Shown: piece by piece, positions 1 to 8,161 of the stretch
Numbering within the stretch: position 1 is the stretch's first letter
Layout of the letters: each line of letters starts with the position of its first letter
NCBI GenBank assembly: GCA_008080745.1
Contig: SHMX01000001.1
Coordinates: 480,001 to 512,000, forward strand
Direction of reading: 5' to 3'
DNA: 32,000 nucleotides
From: Candidatus Thorarchaeota archaeon
GTDB lineage: Archaea; Asgardarchaeota; Thorarchaeia; Thorarchaeales; Thorarchaeaceae
The notes under the pieces: model-generated
Seen by the model: the letters and a program-made list of their open reading frames with translations, nothing else
What the model was told of the DNA's origin: nothing
The model's database searches: none
Translations under genes and position numbers: made by a program

Positions 1-672
<672 letters not shown>

Positions 673-676
673 CTAT

Positions 677-709
677 CCTACCGAGCTGCTTGAAAGCAGC
701 ATCGGCAGG
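677..709 (-). promoter_or_regulatory. 14-bp hairpin immediately upstream of the tpiA start
   Basis: Minus strand CCUGCCGA-u-GCUGCU-uuca-AGCAGC-UCGGUAGG, ending 10 nt before the ATG. TATA-like CTTATTAA at 736-729. Confidence 0.55.
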
Positions 710-752
710 TGTAAGCGAACACAGCTGGTTAATAAGTTGCTATGATGCAGGC

Positions 753-1370
753 TTACCGAATGGTGCCAACTAAAAGCTTGAGGATAGGAACTCGAGCGTA
801 TCCATTTCGATTCAGTTGACCGATTGGTTTTCGTAACTCAATCTTTACAAATTTTCCAGGTTCGCTATTCTTGTAGTATTGCATATAGATATCCGTGAAC
901 TCGGAGAATGTTGCTGCGTTCAGTAGTTCTTTAACAACATCATTAGATATTCGAATGAATACATCTTCATCAGAAACGGGTCCAGAACCGAATTCCACTT
1001 CATCATTGGAAGGTTTACTGACATGGAAACGTTCACCCATAGCCATAAACTCAATTCTGAATTCATCTGGGCCTTCCAGACAGTCACAAATTGTGGAATC
1101 GTTGAACATGTACTTCAGACGATCAATGATTGAATCATGATAGGGAATAGTTCCTCCCCGTTCGGATATAGGTGTAACCACCTTTTCCGCAGGAACGTCT
1201 TCTTCAGAAGCGGATTCAGATTCTTCAGATGGAGCCGCATCGGTTGCTGACTCTGCACCCTCTGCTTCTTCGGTTTCCAAGTCTGCTTCTTCTGCCTCTT
1301 CAGCAGCTTCCTTCTCTTCCTCTTTCTTTTCTTCGTCTTCTTTATCGCGTCCCAGCAATCTTCTTAGCAT
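753..1370 (-). CDS. Hypothetical protein: Glu/Ala-rich acidic N-terminal region plus possible SCP2 (sterol-carrier)-like C-terminal domain
   Basis: 205-aa ORF with a low-complexity acidic segment. The C-terminal pattern (FHVS...VEFGSG...DVFIRISNDVVKELL) resembles SCP2-fold strands and helix; fold call is tentative. Confidence 0.7.
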   Translation of the reverse strand: MLRRLLGRDKEDEEKKEEEKEAAEEAEEADLETEEAEGAESATDAAPSEESESASEEDVPAEKVVTPISERGGTIPYHDSIIDRLKYMFNDSTICDCLEGPDEFRIEFMAMGERFHVSKPSNDEVEFGSGPVSDEDVFIRISNDVVKELLNAATFSEFTDIYMQYYKNSEPGKFVKIELRKPIGQLNRNGYARVPILKLLVGTIR

Positions 1371-1497
1371 TTTTGAGCGGTCTCCTTCAAATAATAAGTA
1401 ATGGACCGATATAACACTATATCATGTCGCATATACTCGTAAGTACTGTGATATTATGAGTATGTCTTCCTTGAAAAACATAATTAGAGTGTACACA

Positions 1498-1728
1498 CTA
1501 GCTGGTTGGAGTCATTTGAGACTTGCTCTCAACTGATGCTGCTTTTTCCAACTGTGCGATTAGAGGGAGTCCACCAGATTTCGTCCGAGTACCCCACAGC
1601 TCATCAACAAGAAGATCGCGTATCGCAATCCTAATCACTTCAGAACGGTTAGGATACATTCCCGCATTAATTAGCTTGTCCACGCCCTCGACATATGACT
1701 CAGGCATGCATATTGTGACTACTTTCAA
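1498..1728 (-). CDS. Ribbon-helix-helix (CopG/Arc/MetJ) transcription regulator, CdrS-like
   Basis: KVVTICMPESYVEGVDKLINAGMYPNRSEVIRIAIRDLL is a typical RHH with the YPNRSE.IR motif. TTG at 1728 places the beta strand at the N-terminus, so it is preferred over the ORF-track start at 1806. Confidence 0.88.
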   Translation of the reverse strand: MKVVTICMPESYVEGVDKLINAGMYPNRSEVIRIAIRDLLVDELWGTRTKSGGLPLIAQLEKAASVESKSQMTPTS

Positions 1729-1877
1729 AGTGTCTAGCACCATCCACGTAAACAACATGAGCACTAATGAAATAGTGTCACTTCCCAGTATACATCTACG
1801 TAACACTCGGTCGTCATTAGGCAGAATTTAAGAAAGAATAATTCATGAGAGATACAAAATAACGGGATAGATTAGAG

Positions 1878-2174
1878 ATGGCAAAAGGAAAAAGCAAGAC
1901 AGGAAAAGTACGAGCTAGTCACATTCTAGTTGAAAAACATAGTCAAGCCCTTGATCTAATACGTCGAGTTCAAGAGGGAGAAGACTTCGGTGCACTAGCA
2001 CGTGAGCACAGTAGCTGTAGCTCAGCAAAGAAGGGTGGAGACCTAGGTTATTTCAGCAGAGGTCAGATGGTCAAGGAGTTTGAAAGAGCTGCTTATGACC
2101 TCAGTGTGGGCGCAATCACAACTAACCCTGTAAAGACTCAATTTGGATATCACATCATTAAAAGAACTGGATAA
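1878..2174 (+). CDS. ppiC: Parvulin-type peptidyl-prolyl cis-trans isomerase
   Basis: VRASHILV...FGALAREHSSCSSAKKGGDLGYFSRGQMVKEFE...VKTQFGYHIIK rotamase motifs. Confidence 0.96.
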   Translation: MAKGKSKTGKVRASHILVEKHSQALDLIRRVQEGEDFGALAREHSSCSSAKKGGDLGYFSRGQMVKEFERAAYDLSVGAITTNPVKTQFGYHIIKRTG

Positions 2175-2234
2175 ATTATCCACAATGGTGAGATATATCA
2201 TCGTCCAAAAAAATTACTGATAAAACAAGGTAGC

Positions 2235-2258
2235 CTGCGAGCAGAGTGCTGCTCGCAG
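2235..2258 (-). terminator. Perfect 10-bp GC-rich hairpin between convergent ppiC and fbp; probable terminator
   Basis: CTGCGAGCAG-agtg-CTGCTCGCAG. On the minus strand it is followed by a U-rich tract (CCTTGTTTT...TTTTTTT). Confidence 0.55.
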
Positions 2259-2281
2259 CATACTAATTGATTTTGATTGGA

Positions 2282-3430
2282 TTACTCAGCGGAGTCTGAA
2301 TCGTCTCTAGCTTCGCCTTTGACCACAATCTCTTCTTCTGAGAAGCGAGATTCACACTTTTTGAGAACACCTGGAAGGGTAGTGTATTCCATTGCTTCTT
2401 GCTCAAGACGATGAGGTTGGAATGGTCCAGTTCGACGTAGATAATCAGCAATCTCCATTGCTCTCTGACGAGTGATGTCAAATGCAACATCCTTGAAGAG
2501 ATCAATTGGGCCAACAAGCTGACCATTGCATATTTGGAACCCTAGACCTATGACACGTGGTGGGCCATCGAATCGGGTACAGACTGAGTTCTCCAAGTCA
2601 ACTGGCATAAGAGGTCCAGTATGAGAACCACGCATCCAACCAGATACAAGATGGGGTAATGTGAATGCCTCTAGTACTTCACCCATGGCAGGTAGCCCTG
2701 AGTGAGCTCGTACAATGGCTACTGGGTCGTCTTTTCCAATATATTTACCAGCTATATTATGTAGTTTATCGGTACTGACAGCTGCTGCAATAAGACCATC
2801 CTTTCGGTATATTTTCTTGATAGTATATTGACCAGTACTTCCAAGTAACGCTAGTAGATCGTACATCTCTTCAGGACATTTCATCTCCACGTAGCATGGA
2901 ACTTCTTTCTTGATATCCTGTACAATGAAGCTGAATCCTTGGTGTAGATTTGGATCTATTACTAGTCCCGCTGTATTAAAAGGGTCAGCAAACATCTTGA
3001 ACAGCGGAAAATTAAATGCACCTGGCTCAGTTTTGTCAGCCATAAAGATGCCGAAAGGTTCAGATTTTCTTTCAGTAATTGTCATTTCAGCAGAACCGGG
3101 ACCCATTCCCTTCACATTACCACTAAAGGTGTCGGAGAGAATATCCTGACCTGCTGCGTATATTTTCATCTCACGGGCTTTCTCGGTGCCTTTCATGAAT
3201 GTATCCCAGGCAAGACGATGAACCTCTTCATTTTCTTCGCCTTTGGTATGAGTCATGATAAGCTCGAGATCGTCACCAGCATGGGTGACATAATAATCGT
3301 TGATTATTTTCTTCTCGACTCCTTCCTTCAAGGACTTTCTGGCGAGTTCAAGAATGAAATCTGGAACCACAACGTGGCCAGCTAGCGAACCGATATCAGC
3401 CTTGATCACAGTGATGGTAGTTTCAACCAT
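2282..3430 (-). CDS. fbp: Bifunctional fructose-1,6-bisphosphate aldolase/phosphatase (class V FBPase)
   Basis: VIKADIG, HAGDDLELIM, YAAGQDILSD, GNVKGMGPG, DKTEPGAFN, FADPFNTAGLVIDP, YIGKDDPV, GWMRGSH, RFDGPPRV. Confidence 0.97.
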   Translation of the reverse strand: MVETTITVIKADIGSLAGHVVVPDFILELARKSLKEGVEKKIINDYYVTHAGDDLELIMTHTKGEENEEVHRLAWDTFMKGTEKAREMKIYAAGQDILSDTFSGNVKGMGPGSAEMTITERKSEPFGIFMADKTEPGAFNFPLFKMFADPFNTAGLVIDPNLHQGFSFIVQDIKKEVPCYVEMKCPEEMYDLLALLGSTGQYTIKKIYRKDGLIAAAVSTDKLHNIAGKYIGKDDPVAIVRAHSGLPAMGEVLEAFTLPHLVSGWMRGSHTGPLMPVDLENSVCTRFDGPPRVIGLGFQICNGQLVGPIDLFKDVAFDITRQRAMEIADYLRRTGPFQPHRLEQEAMEYTTLPGVLKKCESRFSEEEIVVKGEARDDSDSAE

Positions 3431-3461
3431 TCTAAATTAACTCCTAATGCAAGATCTAAAT

Positions 3462-3477
3462 TGAGCGAATTCGCTCA
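3462..3477. promoter_or_regulatory. Perfect 16-bp palindrome in the fbp/udp divergent intergenic region
   Basis: TGAGCGAATTCGCTCA, 31 nt upstream of the fbp ATG. Confidence 0.45.
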
Positions 3478-3664
3478 GAGAGGGATGAACAAGCCGAAGA
3501 TGATGGTGTAATAGGCGTTTCGGAAGCATCGCCCTCTACACCAACGATAACTATTCTACATACATATAACTGTAGCTCCTTGTCTAAATAGTCAATGTAC
3601 ATAAGAGGGGAGAAGTGTATTCTATATGACAGAATTGAATTTCAAAGTGAAATAAAAAGGCGAA

Positions 3665-4501
3665 GTGAGTCAAATGCCAGAAGAAACAGTTTCTGCAAAA
3701 CGTCCTGAAACCCCTGATAGAAAACAGTACCATATCGAGGTCGAAAAAGGAGCAGTTGCGCCAACAGTACTATTACCGGGAGATCCACAACGGGTTAGAA
3801 AAATCAGTTCGAAATGGGATTCATTCGAGGAAGTGGCAAACCATAGGCAGTATGTCACTCATACTGGAAAATACAAGGGAGCATCCATTTCTGCTTGCTC
3901 AACAGGCATTGGTGGACCAGGGGCTGCCATCGCTTTGGAAGAATTGGCAAATGTAGGAGTTAGAAACTTCATTCGGGTTGGCTCTTGTGCCACACTAAAA
4001 GATGATATTGATATTGGAGATCTTATCATCTCCACTGGCGCTGTACGTCTTGAGGGAACAAGTAAACAGTATATTAGACCGGAATATCCAGCTATTGCAT
4101 CATATGAGGTCGTTCTTGCCCTAATCGAGGCAGCGGAAACTATAGGAATTACGTATCACTTGGGATTATCAGCTTCCACCGACTCCTTCTATCTTGGTCA
4201 ATCAAGGCCCGGATATGGAGGATATGAGCAACAATGGAGCAAGCAGCTTATTGACGACCTGACAAAAGCAAATGTATACAATTTCGAGATGGAAGCTGCT
4301 ACTATATTCACTCTGTCGAATATCTATGACTTCCGTTCTGGTGCAGTCTGTGCAGTGTATGCAAATCGACCAAGAGATGAATTTGCAGTAAAGGGGGAGA
4401 ATGATGTTATCAAGTGTGGGAACGAGGCTGTACGAATACTTGCAGATATGGACGAGGAGAAGGAGAGTAGGAAGAAGAGATATTGGTCAAGAACAATGTA
4501 G
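3665..4501 (+). CDS. udp: Uridine phosphorylase (PNP/UDP family 1)
   Basis: QYHI, VLLPGDPQRV, STGIGGPGAAIALEEL, IRVGSCA, STDSFYLGQSR, NFEMEAA. GTG start. Confidence 0.93.
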   Translation: MSQMPEETVSAKRPETPDRKQYHIEVEKGAVAPTVLLPGDPQRVRKISSKWDSFEEVANHRQYVTHTGKYKGASISACSTGIGGPGAAIALEELANVGVRNFIRVGSCATLKDDIDIGDLIISTGAVRLEGTSKQYIRPEYPAIASYEVVLALIEAAETIGITYHLGLSASTDSFYLGQSRPGYGGYEQQWSKQLIDDLTKANVYNFEMEAATIFTLSNIYDFRSGAVCAVYANRPRDEFAVKGENDVIKCGNEAVRILADMDEEKESRKKRYWSRTM

Positions 4502-4527
4502 GTCCTTTTCCAGTATTCTACTTTTTT

Positions 4528-6354
4528 CTATTTCCCAACGTAGTAATATTCACCCTCGGCCTTCTGTTGTTGATCGAGTCTGGAACCAGTCTTGTTAACA
4601 CGAGGGCGTCCTGTCTGGGGATCCCTACGGAAAGTGACTCCCATTTGCTTAAGGAATGCATTCATACCCCTTCTTAGAGTGGTTACACTGTGGGCAACAC
4701 CCTCTTTCCCTGGAACACCATCAAATACGACCATACTATCACTCAAATAATCCGCCATCAGAATGCTATGCTCTACAACGAATGCGGTCTTCAGTCTAAA
4801 CTGCATCATATGGCGAATAGCACGAGAGCTAGCTAAACGTTGTTCAATATCAAGAAAGGCAGATGGTTCATCAAAAAGATAAATGTCCGCATCTTGTGCA
4901 AGACAGGCTGCTATAGCAGAACGTTGGAGTTCTCCACCACTTAAATCTCCAACACCGTGATCTAATAGATGTTCCAATTCCAATTTTCGAATCACTGATG
5001 TCCTGAAATCAGATGTATCCGCAGTAGAACCCCCGGTTTCTCTTAGTAGCATTCGTACAGTTCCAGGATAGGAGGCATCAATGTATTGAGGCTTATATGC
5101 TACTTTCAACTCCAAACCAGTGACAGTCTTCTTGGGTACCTCACCCTCATCGGGTTCAAGAATGCCTGCAAGCATTTTAACAAAAGTTGTTTTTCCAATG
5201 CCATTAGGACCTAAGATGCCAACTATTTGTCCTTTAGCGACCCTTCCACCTTTTACAGTCAGTTCAAAATCCTCGAATTTCTTCGTCATATCACCATATT
5301 CGAGTAATGTTTCACCATGTGCAAATTCACTGTCTTCTGCAGTCATACCTTTGAATGAGATAGAAGTATCACGAAATCGCATGTTCTCATCAGGAATATA
5401 TCCATCAAGAAAGATATTTACTCCCACACGTGTGCCATGCGGATGAGAAACAATTCCATACACACCGGGATCGCCATAAAACATACATACGAGATCGGAA
5501 ACATAATCGAGTATCGAAAGGTCATGCTCAACAATAACAACAGTCTTTCCGATTTCTGAAAGTTGTCGGATAGCCTTCCCAACACGTAATCTCTCACGAA
5601 CGTCAAGATATGCGGTTGGTTCGTCAAAAAAGTAGATATCTCCATCTCGAACAATTGCAGCAGTAATTGCAGTACGTTGTAACTCCCCGCCGCTAAGGAA
5701 TTTGATTGGTCGATCCCAGATGCTCTCTAGGTTCATATCGTCTCTAATTTCTTTCAGACGTCCTGAAGAATCAGCACCCTCCAATAAATCACTGATAGGT
5801 TTGTCAGCAATTGACGGGACCTTTGGCAGGTCTGTAATATTCTGGGGTTTCAAAATGGGAGTGATATCACCCGCTTGAATCCGTTCGAAGAAGGGTTGGA
5901 GTTCTGAACCACGATACTGGAGAATGATTTCTTCCCAATCCGGAGGGTCATCATATCTACCAAGATTCGGTTTCAATTCACCAGCAAGAATCCTCAGAGC
6001 AGTGGTTTTTCCCACACCATTCGGACCGATTAATCCTAATACTCTGCCTTCCTTGGGAATCGGCATTCTGAAAAGCTTGAACCCGTTAGCACTATAACGA
6101 TGGCTCGTATCGACTTCGAGTTGTTCTGGAAGGTTTACAATAGTGATTGCATTGTAAGGACATTTCTTCACGCATATTGCTTCGCCTGAGCACAAAGACT
6201 CGATAATAGTGGGTGGCTTGTCAGGACCATCAGTAAATACGACGGTCTCATCACCTGTTCGAACCCTTGGACAGAATCGTCTGCATTCATGTGTACAATC
6301 TTTTGGTCTACAACGAAATTTATCAAGTACAGCAATACGCATTCTAATAGCCAC
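4528..6354 (-). CDS. abce1: ABCE1/RLI ribosome-recycling ATPase
   Basis: N-terminal Fe-S domain, YSANGFKL, two NBDs (GPNGVGKTT, GPNGIGKTT, LSGGELQR twice, DEPT/DEPS), C-terminal FRRDPQTGRPRVNK..S..D..QK..G.YY. Confidence 0.98.
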   Translation of the reverse strand: MAIRMRIAVLDKFRCRPKDCTHECRRFCPRVRTGDETVVFTDGPDKPPTIIESLCSGEAICVKKCPYNAITIVNLPEQLEVDTSHRYSANGFKLFRMPIPKEGRVLGLIGPNGVGKTTALRILAGELKPNLGRYDDPPDWEEIILQYRGSELQPFFERIQAGDITPILKPQNITDLPKVPSIADKPISDLLEGADSSGRLKEIRDDMNLESIWDRPIKFLSGGELQRTAITAAIVRDGDIYFFDEPTAYLDVRERLRVGKAIRQLSEIGKTVVIVEHDLSILDYVSDLVCMFYGDPGVYGIVSHPHGTRVGVNIFLDGYIPDENMRFRDTSISFKGMTAEDSEFAHGETLLEYGDMTKKFEDFELTVKGGRVAKGQIVGILGPNGIGKTTFVKMLAGILEPDEGEVPKKTVTGLELKVAYKPQYIDASYPGTVRMLLRETGGSTADTSDFRTSVIRKLELEHLLDHGVGDLSGGELQRSAIAACLAQDADIYLFDEPSAFLDIEQRLASSRAIRHMMQFRLKTAFVVEHSILMADYLSDSMVVFDGVPGKEGVAHSVTTLRRGMNAFLKQMGVTFRRDPQTGRPRVNKTGSRLDQQQKAEGEYYYVGK

Positions 6355-6469
6355 CTTGTTTATGTCAATTCCCGTTGTACTGGATTGCTATTTAGGAGTT
6401 TGGCTCTATCCGCCTTTTTACAAAACCTTTTCAACCTTGTAAGAGTTGAAGAATACGGAGTATAACACG

Positions 6470-6700
6470 ATGGACCTCATTGAAAAACTGCTTAATCTTT
6501 TCAACAGACGTGGTAAATTATTCAGTGGAACTATAAATCAACCAAATGATCTTATGAAATCGATACAGGTAGTGAGGGCTTATGCATTCCAGAAAATTAC
6601 CGGAAAGAGATTAGTTATTCCCACTCTAGAGTCAAATCATAGTAAGAGTATCGCTGAATCACTCTCCCCTATGAAACGCCTGGCGAGAAGGGATATATAG
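6470..6700 (+). CDS. Possible small hypothetical protein (76 aa)
   Basis: The only sizeable ORF in an otherwise empty ~370-nt gap, with GGAG shortly upstream of ATG 6470. No recognisable motif; could be non-coding. Confidence 0.35.
   Translation: MDLIEKLLNLFNRRGKLFSGTINQPNDLMKSIQVVRAYAFQKITGKRLVIPTLESNHSKSIAESLSPMKRLARRDI
6694..6700 (+). promoter_or_regulatory. Candidate TATA box for the box C/D sRNA
   Basis: TATATAG starting 28 nt before the sRNA terminal stem, with purine-rich GAGAAGGG upstream (BRE-like). Confidence 0.45.
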
Positions 6701-6721
6701 ACCGGCGATTCCAGTTTTATA

Positions 6722-6794
6722 GCGGGATGATGATGTAGCAGGGAAGGTGAACGTCCATCAACCGTCGTGATCCTATAAACCGCAATCTGACCGC
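6722..6794 (+). ncRNA. Box C/D 2'-O-methylation guide sRNA
   Basis: Terminal stem GCGG/CCGC; box C ATGATGA 6727-6733; D' GTGA 6747-6750; C' GTGATCC 6767-6773; box D CTGA 6787-6790; two 13-nt guide spacers; K-turn geometry at both motifs. Confidence 0.88.
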
Positions 6795-6857
6795 CAAGTT
6801 CCAATTATTCTGTTATTAATAGATCATATACTCCCCAATTTGATAGTATGGAGTTAG

Positions 6858-7280
6858 ATGAACGTGCCTCCTTTCGAATGTAATCATGATGGGTCATGCG
6901 AAGAAGTCAGATTATGCTGCACGGATACAGAAATGACCCTGACTCGGGCAGATGCAGAGCGCATCAATGCACTAGGTTATGATAGGGAGGAGTACCTGGT
7001 GAAGAGTGAAGATGGATTCTGTCAGCTCCGAAACATCAATGGAAATTGCTATTTCTACGATCAGAAGACCAAATTATGTAAAATATATGACCACAGGCCA
7101 GAAGGATGCCGATATTACCCAATAGTCTATAATGTCAGAAAAAAGAAATGCGTTGTGGATTATGACTGTCCATCACGGAAAACAGTAACGTCACAAGACC
7201 TCAGGAAAGTATGTAAGAATGTTCGAGAGCTGGTCGAAAAATTAATGAGGGAGGCAGAATATCGTGATGGACCGTGCTGA
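6858..7280 (+). CDS. YkgJ/UPF0153 family cysteine-cluster protein (putative Zn/Fe-S binding)
   Basis: C..C..CC N-terminus, then C.F.D....C.IY..RP..CR.YP motif. Confidence 0.9.
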   Translation: MNVPPFECNHDGSCEEVRLCCTDTEMTLTRADAERINALGYDREEYLVKSEDGFCQLRNINGNCYFYDQKTKLCKIYDHRPEGCRYYPIVYNVRKKKCVVDYDCPSRKTVTSQDLRKVCKNVRELVEKLMREAEYRDGPC

Positions 7281-8109
7281 TTTGCATACACACTCGAATT
7301 TCTCCGACGGCAAATATTCGCCACAAAAGATTGTTGAATTAGCGAAGAGTCTGAATCTTGGAGCTGTTGCTCTAACAGACCATGATACACTCAAGGGAAT
7401 TCCTGATTTCCTTTCTGCAAACAAAATCTCGGACATCATGTTAATTCCAGGCGTCGAAATTAGTACAGAATTCCAAGAAACAGAATTTCATATACTCGGT
7501 TATTTCCCACCCCAAGATTCTAAAAAATTTGAACAAGCGCTAAAAAAACTGGAATTCTCAAGAACGCAGAGATTCCCAAAGATGTGTAAAAAACTCGCTG
7601 AGTTGGGTATTAGTATATCAGAAGAGGAGATTGAGGAAGAACTGAAGAACGTCACTAGTCCCGGCCGTCCTCACTTAGCACGAATCTTAGTGAAAAAAGG
7701 AATTGTAAATAATACCCAAGATGCCTTCGATAAATTTCTTCGAAAAGGTGGACCAGCATATGTAAAGAAGGAACGTATGAATAGTCTTGATGCTATTCAT
7801 TTACTCCGTGATGAACATGCGGTTCCAGTGATAGCACATCCACTCCTCACACATATTGAGAATCTGGATGCCATATTGATAAAATTTGAAGAGGAGGGTC
7901 TATTGGGAGTAGAGATCGAATATGATTACGGAAAATCAAAATCTTGGAGAAACAATCAATCATTGAAATCGCTTGTGAAGAAGCTTGGTCTTATCATGAC
8001 TGGTGGCAGCGACACGCACGGAGACGATTCGCATAGTCCATTGGGTGGTGTAACCGTTTCGATAGATGTTGCCAGAGATCTTGAACGTTTACATACCGAG
8101 GTCTGCTGA
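7264..8109 (+). CDS. PHP-domain metal-dependent phosphoesterase (TrpH/YciV-like)
   Basis: DLHTHSNFSDG, ALTDHDT, GVEIS, FHILGY, PGRPHLA, IAHP, TGGSDTHG. Confidence 0.93.
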   Translation: MMDRADLHTHSNFSDGKYSPQKIVELAKSLNLGAVALTDHDTLKGIPDFLSANKISDIMLIPGVEISTEFQETEFHILGYFPPQDSKKFEQALKKLEFSRTQRFPKMCKKLAELGISISEEEIEEELKNVTSPGRPHLARILVKKGIVNNTQDAFDKFLRKGGPAYVKKERMNSLDAIHLLRDEHAVPVIAHPLLTHIENLDAILIKFEEEGLLGVEIEYDYGKSKSWRNNQSLKSLVKKLGLIMTGGSDTHGDDSHSPLGGVTVSIDVARDLERLHTEVC

Positions 8110-8161
8110 ATTCCACAAACCTAATCAGTCAACAAATTAGTTTCAGAAGGAGGATAAGTCA

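Noticed and set aside
1180-1340. TCTTC/TTC-rich low-complexity DNA
   Set aside because: It is the antisense of the Glu-rich codons in 753-1370, not an independent repeat element.
1729-1806. N-terminal extension of the RHH ORF in the ORF track
   Set aside because: RHH proteins start at the beta strand. TTG at 1728 fits, and the extension lies in likely divergent promoter DNA.
1770-1820. Box C-like ATGACGA on the minus strand upstream of the RHH gene
   Set aside because: No CTGA box D at a suitable distance and no terminal stem, unlike the two accepted sRNAs.
3479-3537. SECIS-like (ATGA...stem) or fluoride-riboswitch-like (GGCGATG) reading of the fbp/udp intergenic region
   Set aside because: I noticed no neighbouring gene needing an in-frame TGA read-through, the SECIS core geometry is not met, and the fluoride P1 and pseudoknot pairings are absent.
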